Origin: Candidatus Izemoplasmatales bacterium
GTDB taxonomy: Bacteria > Bacillota_I > Bacilli_A > Izemoplasmatales > Hujiaoplasmataceae
Assembly (NCBI GenBank): GCA_050949045.1
Contig: JBMNEZ010000001.1
Span: 32,001 to 96,000, forward strand
Direction: 5' to 3'
Length of the DNA stretch: 64,000 nucleotides
Position 1 is the stretch's first letter, and each line of letters begins with the position of its first letter. The position numbers and the translations under genes were made by a program. Below, piece after piece: positions 51,418 to 61,611 of this stretch. Below the pieces are notes generated by a model. It saw only the letters and a list, made by a program, of their open reading frames with translations, was not told the origin of the DNA and made no database searches.

Positions 51418-52677
51418 ATGGATAACAAGGAGATTGTGATCATAGGCGGCGGGCCGGCGGGATTGGCCGCAGCCATCAGCGCGGCGGAGTCGGGCATAAA
51501 GGATATTGTTATTCTTGAACGCGAGAATGCTCTCGGCGGCATCCTCAATCAATGTATCCATAACGGTTTCGGTCTGCATCGGTTCAAGGAAGAATTGACG
51601 GGCCCGGAATATGCCAGCCGGGACATCGACAAAGTCATCGAACTCGGTATCGACTATCGACTCGAGACCATGGTGATCGATGTCACAAGCGATAAACGCG
51701 TGATTGCCATAAATGAGAAAGACGGTATCATTGATATCAAAGCTAAAGCCATTGTTTTGGCGATGGGCTGCAGGGAACGTCCCCGGGGTGCTTTGAACAT
51801 TCCAGGGCATCGACCAGCGGGAATCTATTCTGCCGGCACAGCCCAAAAATATGTCAATATCGACGGCTATCTGCCCGGCAGAGAGATTGTCATCCTTGGC
51901 TCCGGTGATATCGGTTTGATCATGGCAAGGAGGCTGACATTGGAAGGTGCGCACGTCAAAATGGTATGCGAAATCCTTCCGTATTCCGGAGGGTTGAAAC
52001 GCAATATTGTCCAATGCCTCAATGATTATGACATTCCGCTCCGGTTGAGTCACACGGTGACGAAAATCCATGGGAAGGACCGGATTGAAGCCGTTACGAT
52101 CGCCGAGGTCAACAAGGATTTAAAGCCCATCAGGGAAACCGAGGAAATTGTCGCTTGCGATACTCTGTTATTGTCTGTCGGTTTGATTCCCGAGAATGAA
52201 TTGTCAATAAAAGCCGGTGTCGAGATCAACCCCAAGACCCAGGGGCCTCTGGTCGACAGCCACCTTGAAACTTCCATACCGGGCATCTATGCTTGCGGCA
52301 ATGTCCTGCATGTCCATGATTTGGTCGATTATGTCAGTGAAGAAGCAGCCATGGCAGGCAAACATGCCGCAAATCATGTGAAAAACATGGATAGGAACAA
52401 TCGTAAATATGCCGTTATGGCAGGTAGCGGCGTCAGGTATACCGTTCCTTCTTGGATCAACGATGATTCCGAGAATAACCTGACGGTCGTTAGATTCCGG
52501 GTTGACAACGTTTACAAGGACCGTTTTGTATCGGTTTGGTTTGATGGGGAAAGATTATATCATAAGTCAAGGCGGATACTGACTCCCGGAGAAATGGAAC
52601 AAGTTCTCCTTCCAAACAAATGGATCGTTGACAGACCAAACCTGGAGAAGATCGTGATTTCACTCGAGGAGGATTGA
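51418..52677 (+). CDS. FAD/NAD(P)-dependent pyridine nucleotide-disulfide oxidoreductase
   Basis: GGGPAG, GGILNQCIH, MGCRER, GSGDIG, CGNVLHVHD. Confidence 0.9.
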   Translation: MDNKEIVIIGGGPAGLAAAISAAESGIKDIVILERENALGGILNQCIHNGFGLHRFKEELTGPEYASRDIDKVIELGIDYRLETMVIDVTSDKRVIAINEKDGIIDIKAKAIVLAMGCRERPRGALNIPGHRPAGIYSAGTAQKYVNIDGYLPGREIVILGSGDIGLIMARRLTLEGAHVKMVCEILPYSGGLKRNIVQCLNDYDIPLRLSHTVTKIHGKDRIEAVTIAEVNKDLKPIRETEEIVACDTLLLSVGLIPENELSIKAGVEINPKTQGPLVDSHLETSIPGIYACGNVLHVHDLVDYVSEEAAMAGKHAANHVKNMDRNNRKYAVMAGSGVRYTVPSWINDDSENNLTVVRFRVDNVYKDRFVSVWFDGERLYHKSRRILTPGEMEQVLLPNKWIVDRPNLEKIVISLEED

Positions 52678-52682
52678 TGTAG

Positions 52683-53054
52683 ATGCGATACAAGCAACAA
52701 ATTATCTGTATCAACTGCCCTATGGGCTGCCAGATGGAAGTCGTCGTCGAAGACGGCGAAATCAAAAGCATCGAAAACTATAGTTGCCAAAGAGGCGTTG
52801 AGTATGCCAAAAAGGAAATCACGAATCCCAAGCGGACGATCACTTCGATTCTCCCAGTAGTTGGTGGCGACCTCTCTATGGTGTCTGTCAAGACGAGTGC
52901 CGACATTCCCAAGGATAAAATCAGCGCCTGTATGCGGGTTATGAAGGATCTAAGTGTTAATGCTCCGATTATGATCGGTGACGTGATCGTCAAAAATATC
53001 TGTGATACCGGCATTGATATCATCGCCACCAAAAAAGTGGAAAAGAAAGAATGA
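52683..53054 (+). CDS. DUF1667 family Fe-S protein
   Basis: CINCPMGC...C.RG..YA..E...P.R. Confidence 0.85.
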   Translation: MRYKQQIICINCPMGCQMEVVVEDGEIKSIENYSCQRGVEYAKKEITNPKRTITSILPVVGGDLSMVSVKTSADIPKDKISACMRVMKDLSVNAPIMIGDVIVKNICDTGIDIIATKKVEKKE

Positions 53055-53500
53055 AAGAATACATCGTGCTCACACGATTGAGGAAAATGGCGTTTGAAGT
53101 CAATCGGGGTCAAATCATCAAACTGTCATTTACTGACCGACCCCAGACATCGGCTTTGTTTCCTGTTTGTGTCAATATGGCGGTCAAAGAAATCGACCAA
53201 TATCTTAACCGAGAGATAACCGTATTTTCCATTCCTTACCGATTGAACGCACGTGGCTTTCAATTGCAAGTTTTGCGGGCTTTGCTTGAGATTGGCTATG
53301 GACAATTGATAACTTATAAAGAATTGGCAATCAAAACCGGTTTTCCCCTGTCATGGCGAGCCACCGCTATGGCTTGCAAGCATAATCCTCTGCCATTGAT
53401 AATTCCATGCCACCGTGTCGTTCGCAGCGACGGAACGATCGGTGGGTATGCCGGAGGGACGGCAATCAAACATCAATTAATTGAACTTGAAAAGAGATGA
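53051..53500 (+). CDS. ogt: Methylated-DNA--protein-cysteine methyltransferase
   Basis: IPCHRV active site, GGYAGG. Confidence 0.9.
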   Translation: MKEYIVLTRLRKMAFEVNRGQIIKLSFTDRPQTSALFPVCVNMAVKEIDQYLNREITVFSIPYRLNARGFQLQVLRALLEIGYGQLITYKELAIKTGFPLSWRATAMACKHNPLPLIIPCHRVVRSDGTIGGYAGGTAIKHQLIELEKR

Positions 53501-53532
53501 ACGCCATGGCGTCATCTTTTTTTGAAATTATC

Positions 53533-53621
53533 TTGACATCCGGAAATTGTGGTTATATAATGTTATGCAAGGCTAACAAATACCTTATATTTTTTACCTT
53601 AAATGTTAGCCTAAGCTAACA
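53533..53621 (+). promoter_or_regulatory. feo promoter with two DtxR/MntR-type palindromes
   Basis: TTGACA 53533-17 bp-TATAAT 53556; TGTTATGCAAGGCTAACA 53561-53578 and TGTTAGCCTAAGCTAACA 53604-53621. Confidence 0.8.
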
Positions 53622-53634
53622 AAGGAGGAAGAAC

Positions 53635-53871
53635 ATGACTTTAAAGGATGTTTTACCAGGCGAAAGATGTCGAATTAAAAATATTTACGTAAACAATCTC
53701 AGAAAACGAATCATCGACATGGGACTCACTACCAATACCGAGATATTGGTAAAAAAGATGGCGCCTCTCGGCGATCCGATGGAAATTTTTGTCAGAGGCT
53801 ATTTGTTAACGCTCAGGAAAGCGGAAGCCCAGATGATTGAAGTCGAGAAACTTGGCGAGGCAAACAAATGA
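53635..53871 (+). CDS. feoA: Ferrous iron transport protein A
   Basis: RIIDMGL, APLGDP, LRKAEA. Confidence 0.95.
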   Translation: MTLKDVLPGERCRIKNIYVNNLRKRIIDMGLTTNTEILVKKMAPLGDPMEIFVRGYLLTLRKAEAQMIEVEKLGEANK

Positions 53872-56078
53872 TAAAAATCGCTCTCGTCGGGAATCCCAAT
53901 AGCGGAAAGACGACTTTGTTCAACGAACTCACTGGTTCAAACCAATTCGTAGGGAATTGGCCAGGAGTAACGGTTGAGAAGAAATCGGGTAAAATGAAGT
54001 ATCAAGATTTTGAGGCAGAAGTGGTCGATCTGCCGGGAATCTATTCGCTTTCGACCATATCTTTAGAAGAAGAGATAGCGGCTCGATTTGTGATTGATAA
54101 GAAAATGGATCTCATCATCAATATTGTCGATGCCTCAAGTCTCGAACGAAATCTTTATTTGACGTATCAATTGCTTGATTCGGATATTCCGATCGTGATT
54201 GCACTTAACTGCATGGATATCGTGGCCAAAAAACTTGAGCGGATTGATGTCGGAGTCCTCGAGAAAGAACTGGGTGTGCCGGTAATTCCGATCACCGCCA
54301 GCAAGAAAACTGGGATCGACGATCTGCTCAGGTTTCTTTCCGGTTATGACTATTCAAAACAGAAGCGCGAGCATCGTTATGAAGAAATCATTGAAACGAG
54401 CATCCAGAAATTCACTAAGTTATTAGGCGACCGCTTTTTAGCGATCAGATTTTTTGAAGATGGGCTTAAGGCCCTTGAATCTTTGAAATTGACATCCGAA
54501 ACCAAAACCAGGTTAATTGAGACCTACCAACAGGAAGTCAAAAGGCATGGCAGCATCGACTTTGATATGGTCCTTCCCAACAGCAGGTACGAGACGATTC
54601 TTAAGGTCTGTAAGAAAATACTGACAAAAAACAGGTTGGATGCTGTTTCAAGCACTGAGAAAATCGACAAGATTATGACCCACAAGTGGTTAGGGCTCCC
54701 CCTCTTTGGCATCATTATGTTTCTGGTTTTTTATTTGGCTTTCGGGCCTCTTGGAACTTGGATCACCACTTGGTTCGTCAAGGGGATCGAGTGGTTGTTC
54801 TCGCTCATCGAAGGATTGACCGCGAATCTGGGAATGAAGCCCTGGGCTTCAAGTCTAATCAATAACGGCGTCTTTGGCGGCTTGGCAGCCGTGATCGGTT
54901 TTTTGCCGCAACTTGCGATTCTCTTCTTTTTCATGGCCATTCTTGAGGATTCTGGGTATATGGCCAGAGCAGCTTTCATTATGGATCGTCTACTGAAAAA
55001 ATTCGGTCTTTCCGGAAAATCATTCATCCCGATGATGATCGGTTTTGGTTGTAGCGTGCCGGCGATGGCCGCAACGAGAACACTTGACAAGGATGAGGAT
55101 CGTAAGATGACAATGATGGTCATCCCGTTCATGTCATGTGGCGCAAAAGCACCGATATATGGTGTGTTTGCCGGTGCACTGTTTTTTTCTGCCAGTTACA
55201 TAGTGGTATTCTCGATGTATATTCTCGGAATCGTCGTTGCCGTTTTGTCAGCTATTATTTTTAAAAAGACGATTTTAAAAGGCGCGAGCGCGAACTACAT
55301 CATGGAGTTACCGGAATACCGGATGCCAACACTCAAAAACACTTTTTTGCATACCTGGGAAAGGGTCAAAGGCTTCTTGTTAAAGGCGGGAACGATACTT
55401 CTAGGCGCTTTCATCATCATTTGGTTCTTGAGTTACTTTGGTTTTGTTGACGGGACTTTCAGGCTGTTGGCCGATGAAGAAATCGAAAATAGCATTCTCG
55501 GTATCATTGGGAAGTTTCTGTTGCCCTTATTCCGGCCAATCGGCTTCCCCGATTGGCAGGCGACTGTCGCGATGCTGACAGGTTTTGTTGCCAAGGAATC
55601 GGTTGTCGGCACGCTCGGTATTCTTTACGATGTAGCTGGCAATGTGATAGATAATGGTTCGCTTCTCTACGAACCGATTCGTCTGGCTTTTTCTCCGGTT
55701 CAAGCATATGCATTCATGGTTTTTGCACTTCTGTCGACTCCATGCATCGCAGCTATCGCCGCCATGAAAAAGGAGTTTAACTCTTGGAAGTGGGCCGCTT
55801 TTGCAATCGTGTACGAATTTGTTGTCGCTTACCTCGTTGCTCTACTAATATATCAGATAGGCTCGCTTGAGCCAGGTGTCGTTTTGTCGATTGCCTTGGG
55901 CATCGTCGCTGTCATTATCGTCATCCTCTTTATTCGCAAGTATATCTCAAAACGTGGGTTGATCAATGGCAGTTGCGGATCCTGTCCAGTAAGAGACGAT
56001 TGTAACTTACCCAAAAAAGATGAGTTTCTCTCAAACATTGATCAAAAGAAAGAAGATGATCCCAATCAACGAAACTAA
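53868..56078 (+). CDS. feoB: Ferrous iron transport protein B with Cys-rich tail
   Basis: GNPNSGKT, VGNWPGVT, DLPG, GFGCSVP, AKE; tail CGSCPVRDDC. Confidence 0.96.
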   Translation: MIKIALVGNPNSGKTTLFNELTGSNQFVGNWPGVTVEKKSGKMKYQDFEAEVVDLPGIYSLSTISLEEEIAARFVIDKKMDLIINIVDASSLERNLYLTYQLLDSDIPIVIALNCMDIVAKKLERIDVGVLEKELGVPVIPITASKKTGIDDLLRFLSGYDYSKQKREHRYEEIIETSIQKFTKLLGDRFLAIRFFEDGLKALESLKLTSETKTRLIETYQQEVKRHGSIDFDMVLPNSRYETILKVCKKILTKNRLDAVSSTEKIDKIMTHKWLGLPLFGIIMFLVFYLAFGPLGTWITTWFVKGIEWLFSLIEGLTANLGMKPWASSLINNGVFGGLAAVIGFLPQLAILFFFMAILEDSGYMARAAFIMDRLLKKFGLSGKSFIPMMIGFGCSVPAMAATRTLDKDEDRKMTMMVIPFMSCGAKAPIYGVFAGALFFSASYIVVFSMYILGIVVAVLSAIIFKKTILKGASANYIMELPEYRMPTLKNTFLHTWERVKGFLLKAGTILLGAFIIIWFLSYFGFVDGTFRLLADEEIENSILGIIGKFLLPLFRPIGFPDWQATVAMLTGFVAKESVVGTLGILYDVAGNVIDNGSLLYEPIRLAFSPVQAYAFMVFALLSTPCIAAIAAMKKEFNSWKWAAFAIVYEFVVAYLVALLIYQIGSLEPGVVLSIALGIVAVIIVILFIRKYISKRGLINGSCGSCPVRDDCNLPKKDEFLSNIDQKKEDDPNQRN

Positions 56079-56466
56079 CCGCTTCAGCGAATCTCTTGAA
56101 GACTATCTTGAGGCAATCTACGTTCTTGGCGGCAAGAATGTGCGTTCGATCGCTATCGCCAAACGTTTGCACGTTTCCCGTGCCAGCGTTAACCGAGCGG
56201 TGAATACACTTGCGGAAAAGAAGTTGTTAATTAAAGAACCCTACGGCGGTGTATTTTTGACGGAGACTGGCTTCAAAGCCGCAAAAGCTGTACAGAATAA
56301 ACACCAGATATTGAAACGTTTTTTGATCGAAGTTCTCGGAGTTGAGGAAAACATCGCAAACAAGGAAGCTTGCGGCATCGAGCATAATATCTCTGATGAT
56401 ACTGCCCAGAAAATCGACAGATTGATCAAAAATCTTCTTCAAAAAAATCAAGCTCCTGATGATTAG
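56056..56466 (+). CDS. DtxR/MntR-family metal-dependent regulator
   Basis: SLEDYLEAI, HTH, EACGIEH. Confidence 0.92.
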   Translation: MIPINETNRFSESLEDYLEAIYVLGGKNVRSIAIAKRLHVSRASVNRAVNTLAEKKLLIKEPYGGVFLTETGFKAAKAVQNKHQILKRFLIEVLGVEENIANKEACGIEHNISDDTAQKIDRLIKNLLQKNQAPDD

Positions 56467-56566
56467 GAGCTTTTTTGTTTGAACCTGAAGACTGGAATCT
56501 TTGTAAATATTGGACGATTCTTGCCGGAGCGATATGGTATAATTTAGATAACAGAGGTGTGATCCG

Positions 56567-57874
56567 GTGGAAGGAAAAATCAATGTCATTGGTGCTGGAC
56601 TCGCCGGCGTCGAAGCCAGTCTCCAACTTGCTAATAGAAATATCAAGGTTGATCTCTTTGAGATGAAACCTCATCAGAAGACTCCTGCGCACGTGATGGA
56701 CACTTTCGCTGAACTCGTTTGTTCAAACTCACTGAGAAGTGACTCTTTGGATAATGCGGCCGGCTTGCTGAAGGCGGAGTTGCGACTTTTGGAATCGGAA
56801 GTGATCAAAGCCGCCGATGAAACAAGAATCCCAGCCGGCACCGCGCTTGCCGTCGACAGAGAGTTATTTTCTCAAATTCTGACAACTAAGGTCTTAAATA
56901 ATCCGTATATTCAAGTCCATCACGAGGAGGTGCTCGCCATCCCTGAAACAGGCATAACGATCATCGCCACAGGGCCTCTGACAAGCCCGAGATTTCATGA
57001 GGCCCTCGAAAAAGAATTCGGGGAATTTCTTTATTTCTTTGATGCTGTTGCGCCGATCATTGCCTTCGACTCAATCGATATGGAAATCGCCTACTTTAAA
57101 AACCGCTATGACAAAGGCGAGGGGATGTATCTCAATTGCCCGCTCTCCAAAGAACAGTACGACAGGTTTCACGCTGAACTAGTAAATGCTCAATGCGTTC
57201 CGCTGAAAGAATATGAAATGCGTGTTTTCGAAGGCTGCTTGCCAATTGAGGAAATGGCCAAAAGAGGATATAAAACACTTGCCTACGGACCGCTAAAACC
57301 AATGGGTCTGCAAAGGCTGGGCTATCCCAAAGCCTATGCTATTGTCCAACTTCGTCAGGACAATAAGGCAGCTAGTCTTTACAATTTGGTCGGGTTTCAA
57401 ACCCGCTTGACTTTCCCCGAACAGAGGCGGATCATCAGAATGATTCCTGGACTCGGCAACGCGAATATCGTCCGTTATGGAGTTATGCATCGCAACACTT
57501 TTGTCAACGCCCCGGCATTGCTTAGGGAAACTTATCAGTTGAAGAATCGGGATAATTTGTTTCTAGCAGGCCAGATTTCTGGAGTAGAGGGTTATGTCGA
57601 GAGTATTGCCTCCGGTTTGGTCGCTGGCATCAATGCCGCTCGTCTCTTTCGTGGATCGGATACGCTTGTCTTTCCCGAAGAAACGATGATTGGTGCTCAG
57701 GCAAGATACCTTGCTAATGCGGATCGGGAAAACTTCCAACCGATGAATGTTAATTTTGGACTCATGCGTCCGAGTGCGGACATTCCTCATAAAAAGCAAA
57801 ACAAAGCCCTGATTTCTTGTAGGAGCATTGACAACTTGAACCGTTTCATCGAGGTGAATCTACTTGACCAATAA
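56567..57874 (+). CDS. trmFO: tRNA m5U54 methyltransferase TrmFO
   Basis: GAGLAG.EA, AELVCSNS, FFDA, GVMHRNT, GVEGYVES. Confidence 0.96.
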   Translation: MEGKINVIGAGLAGVEASLQLANRNIKVDLFEMKPHQKTPAHVMDTFAELVCSNSLRSDSLDNAAGLLKAELRLLESEVIKAADETRIPAGTALAVDRELFSQILTTKVLNNPYIQVHHEEVLAIPETGITIIATGPLTSPRFHEALEKEFGEFLYFFDAVAPIIAFDSIDMEIAYFKNRYDKGEGMYLNCPLSKEQYDRFHAELVNAQCVPLKEYEMRVFEGCLPIEEMAKRGYKTLAYGPLKPMGLQRLGYPKAYAIVQLRQDNKAASLYNLVGFQTRLTFPEQRRIIRMIPGLGNANIVRYGVMHRNTFVNAPALLRETYQLKNRDNLFLAGQISGVEGYVESIASGLVAGINAARLFRGSDTLVFPEETMIGAQARYLANADRENFQPMNVNFGLMRPSADIPHKKQNKALISCRSIDNLNRFIEVNLLDQ

Positions 57875-58772
57875 GGAAATTATTGAAAAGTTTCGCGATT
57901 ATCTCGCGAATGAACGCAACTATTCACCGAATACGGTGAAAGCCTATTTGAATGATGTTGGCACCTTGACCGCCTTTTTGGCGAAAGAGGATCTTGGCAG
58001 TCTGTTTCTGTTAACTGACAGGATCGCTCGTTTCTATCTCAGCACGCTCCATGAGCATTATGATCCGAAATCGATCCAGCGAAAGCTTTCAAGCGTCAGA
58101 AGCATGTACAAGTTGCTGGTCGATGAGTACCTGATCGATAACAATCCCTTTTGGAATCTGACACCTCCAAAAGCCAAAAAACCGCTTCCGAAATTTGTCT
58201 ATGAAGAAGAAATGGCTGATTTTTTAGGAAGGATTGACACTTCTACCCCCAACGGCATTCGCAACGCCTCCATGTTTGAACTTCTTTACGGATGCGGTCT
58301 CAGGGTTTCCGAAATCACCAACATTAAAATTACCGACATCGATTTCTTCAATAAGACAATTCTCGTTCACGGCAAAGGAAACAAAGACCGGTATCTACCG
58401 GTCCATGATCTTGCCATTGAAAAACTCAAAACTTACCTAAAGGAAGTTCGACCGTTGTTTCGAAGCAGGACAAGCTCTATCGATAAATCCGATTTGTATC
58501 TGAACTTCAAAGGCGGTCGCCTGACCGACAGAGGTGTCAGGGATATCCTCGACAAAGAACTTGACCGTCAAGCGACCAACAAAAAAATGTCACCGCATGC
58601 TTTCCGCCATTCTTTTGCGACTCATCTTCTCAACAACGGAGCCGATCTGAGAACCGTCCAAGAGTTGCTTGGTCACAAAAGCTTAGCCACGACTCAAATT
58701 TATACCAAGGTTTCAAAGGAAAGATTGAGAGATGTGTATTTGAGCGCGCATCCGCGGGCAAAGAGAAAATGA
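57864..58772 (+). CDS. xerC: Chromosomal tyrosine recombinase (XerC/CodV type)
   Basis: GLRVSE, GKGNK.R, HAFRHSFATH, LGH, TQIY; directly follows trmFO. Confidence 0.9.
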   Translation: MTNKEIIEKFRDYLANERNYSPNTVKAYLNDVGTLTAFLAKEDLGSLFLLTDRIARFYLSTLHEHYDPKSIQRKLSSVRSMYKLLVDEYLIDNNPFWNLTPPKAKKPLPKFVYEEEMADFLGRIDTSTPNGIRNASMFELLYGCGLRVSEITNIKITDIDFFNKTILVHGKGNKDRYLPVHDLAIEKLKTYLKEVRPLFRSRTSSIDKSDLYLNFKGGRLTDRGVRDILDKELDRQATNKKMSPHAFRHSFATHLLNNGADLRTVQELLGHKSLATTQIYTKVSKERLRDVYLSAHPRAKRK

Positions 58773-59251
58773 TAAACATCCAGATCATCGCTATCGGCTC
58801 AATCAAGGAGAAATATCTAAAAGAAGGGATCAGCGAATATCAAAAAAGACTGATCCCGTATGCTAAAATTGACGTAATTGAAATTAAAGAGGAAAAATTA
58901 CCGGATGTTCCTTCGCCTGCAGAAATCCGGAATGCTCTTGTTGCGGAAGCAAAACGAATTAAAGACAAGTTGTCGGATGATGCTTATACTATCGCTCTAG
59001 CGATCGAGGGAGAAACAATATCGAGCGAAATGTTTTCATCATTGATCGCCGATATTCAGAACTATCACCGCGGAAAAGTGGTTTTCATCATCGGCGGCTC
59101 TTATGGGTTGGCAGAAGAAATAAAACAGCTTGCGCAGAAACAACTTTCTTTCTCGCGGGTGACGTTTCCCCATCAACTGATGCGACTGATTTTCTTTGAA
59201 CAGCTCTACCGCGCTTTCATGATTATGAGTGGAAAAAAATATCACAAATAA
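58769..59251 (+). CDS. rlmH: 23S rRNA m3Psi1915 methyltransferase
   Basis: FIIGGSYG, TFPHQLMR..EQLYRA, YHK end. Confidence 0.96.
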   Translation: MINIQIIAIGSIKEKYLKEGISEYQKRLIPYAKIDVIEIKEEKLPDVPSPAEIRNALVAEAKRIKDKLSDDAYTIALAIEGETISSEMFSSLIADIQNYHRGKVVFIIGGSYGLAEEIKQLAQKQLSFSRVTFPHQLMRLIFFEQLYRAFMIMSGKKYHK

Positions 59252-59280
59252 AAAGCGAGTCGCTGTCAGCGGCTCGCTTT
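59250..59280. terminator. Shared terminator between rlmH and pepT
   Basis: AAAGCGAGTCGCTG-T-CAGCGGCTCGCTTT. Confidence 0.75.
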
Positions 59281-60498
59281 CATCATAGTGATTTTCTCAA
59301 TGATTTTTTTGATAATCTCCACGCATTGATCCATTTCCTGGATCGAGGCATATTCATAAGGTCCATGGTAATTGTAGCCGCCCGTTCCCAGATTTGGACA
59401 GGGCAGGCCCATATAGGTCAGCCTTGCGCCATCGGTTCCGCCCCTGATCGGTTCGACGATCGGCGTGATCCCGAGTTCTTTAATCGAGGCGATCGCGATA
59501 TCGATGATTTCCTGTTTGCCATCAAGTTTTTCCCGCATATTAAAGTAGGAATCCGTGATTTCCATAAAAATCGTGTTTTCTCCATATTTGCGATTCAAGA
59601 ATTGGGCAATAGCCAGAAAATCGGCCTTTTGTTTTTCAAATAAACGATAATCATGATTACGGATGATGTAATTCACCACCGTCTTTTCAACGTTACCCTC
59701 AAGATGGTGAAGGTGATTGAACCCCTCATATTTTTCGGTGGTTTGCGGTTTCATGTACGCTGGCAACATGTTCTCAAACTCATAGGCGAGCAAGATCGAG
59801 TTGACCATTTTACCTTTGGCGTCTCCCGGATGGACCGATTTGCCATTGATGGTGATTTTCGCGGAAGCGGCGTTGAAGTTCTCATAGGCGATCTCTCCGG
59901 CAGCCGACCCGTCAAGAGTATAGGCGAAGTCCGCTCCGATAGCTTCTATATCAAGGAATTTGGTTCCGTTTCCGACTTCCTCATCCGGAGTAAAGACGAT
60001 GACGATCTCCCCATGTTTGAAGCCGGGATTGTTTTGAATATATTCGGCGAGAGTCATGATTTCGGCGATTCCTGCTTTGTCGTCAGCGCCAAGGAGCGTT
60101 GTGCCGTCGGTGACGATCAAATCCTCTTTGATATGAGTTTTTAACGAAGGGAAAACTTCCGGACTGAGGATGATGCCCAACTCCGGATTCAAGACGATGT
60201 CCTTGCCATCATAATCATAGATAATCCGCGGTTTGACATTTTTCCCGCTCGCATCCGGCGACGTGTCCATATGCGCTATTAATGCCACAGTTGGAACCTT
60301 GTATTTGATGTTGGCAGGTATTTTGCAGATTACATAGCCAAAATTGTCGAGAACTGGATCCAGGCCCATTGCGGTCAATTCATGCTTTAAAAGTCTGGCA
60401 AACTCGAGTTGTGTTGGCGTTGAAGGGTATGTCTCTTGATCGTGAAGTGAAGCAGTATCATACTTGACATAATTGATCAATCTTTCGTAAGCTCTCAT
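59266..60498 (-). CDS. pepT: Peptidase T
   Basis: AHMDT, LGADDKAG, PDEE, IRGGTDG, HG..E. Confidence 0.96.
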   Translation of the reverse strand: MRAYERLINYVKYDTASLHDQETYPSTPTQLEFARLLKHELTAMGLDPVLDNFGYVICKIPANIKYKVPTVALIAHMDTSPDASGKNVKPRIIYDYDGKDIVLNPELGIILSPEVFPSLKTHIKEDLIVTDGTTLLGADDKAGIAEIMTLAEYIQNNPGFKHGEIVIVFTPDEEVGNGTKFLDIEAIGADFAYTLDGSAAGEIAYENFNAASAKITINGKSVHPGDAKGKMVNSILLAYEFENMLPAYMKPQTTEKYEGFNHLHHLEGNVEKTVVNYIIRNHDYRLFEKQKADFLAIAQFLNRKYGENTIFMEITDSYFNMREKLDGKQEIIDIAIASIKELGITPIVEPIRGGTDGARLTYMGLPCPNLGTGGYNYHGPYEYASIQEMDQCVEIIKKIIEKITMMKASR

Positions 60499-60906
60499 GG
60501 TCTCACCTCTCAGCCATAATTATATGGTATTACAAACAAAAAACCAATCAATTTGGCTATTATTAATTACCGCATCTGTTTTTTTAGAGAACAATGTGAA
60601 ATATAAATCGTTATTCTGGTAATCATGGAAATCGTCTATTCAATCGGGGCCGGATATTCGACCGGAGATATCTTTTCAATCTGAGGATGCAATATATGTC
60701 CTTGTATTTTAGGAAAAGCTGAGTTTGTCGGATGACGCTTTCGAAAAGCCCTGTAAGAAACTTTTTTATTGATGATTATGATATAATTTAAATGTGATTA
60801 ATTATAAAAATGCTTAAACTCCGTTTCGGCAAGTAAGGAGCAAGGAATAAATCAGCAACATAAGGATCAAAGTGGAAATCAGAAACAATTTTGTGGAGGA
60901 ACACTG

Positions 60907-61593
60907 ATGAAACACTGCGACAAATGCCAAGTAGATATCAATACGAACCAAGAGTATTGTCCCTTGTGCCACCAGACGCTTTAGGGAGAGAACGATCCCG
61001 ATTTCATAGAGCTCTATCCCGAATACGTGCCTTTGCGACAGGAAGTGCTACCGCTGACGAAGAAGGTTCTCTTTTTTTTGACGATTGTCTCGATTCTGAC
61101 GCTCATCGTTATCAATGTGTTGACATGGAAAAACAATGAGAACATCTGGAGCCTGATCCCAATCGGTTCGATACTCTATTTTTGGCTGATTGTTCGTTAC
61201 GGGGTTCTTTCGAAACAGAATATCGCCTTCAAGTTTTTTCTTTTAACAACGGGACTTGTGTTGATCCTCAATCTCATTGACCGCGTTCATGGAGTAGAGG
61301 AAACCCGTGGTTGGGCACTGGACTATGTCACTCCGCTCGCTTTTCTTGCGTGCAACCTGGCGATCTCGGTGATCATCTGGGTTAGAAAAATCAACTATCG
61401 CGATTATATTTTCTATTTGATCACTATCAAGGTTTTCTCGTTGATCCCGATCATTCTCGCCTTGACGGGCATTATCAAGGTCATCTGGCCGGCGGTAGCG
61501 GCATTCGGAGCGGCAATTTTCATTTTGCTTTTCATCATTTTCTTTTTTCCCCGCTCCATCAAGGATGAGATTAAGAAAAGGTTCCATTTATAA
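60907..61593 (+). pseudogene. Zinc-ribbon membrane protein (DUF6320-like) with in-frame TAG at codon 26
   Basis: RBS GGAGG, MKHCDKC...YCPLCHQTL*GEND... continues in frame into ORF 61027-61593 ending KKRFHL. Confidence 0.8.
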
Positions 61594-61611
61594 AAGGAAA
61601 AACGATGGGTT

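Noticed and set aside
57864..59251. Tyrosine recombinase next to rlmH as an integrated element (orfX-type site)
   Set aside because: trmFO-xerC is a standard chromosomal arrangement, and rlmH is followed directly by a terminator and pepT, so the site is empty.
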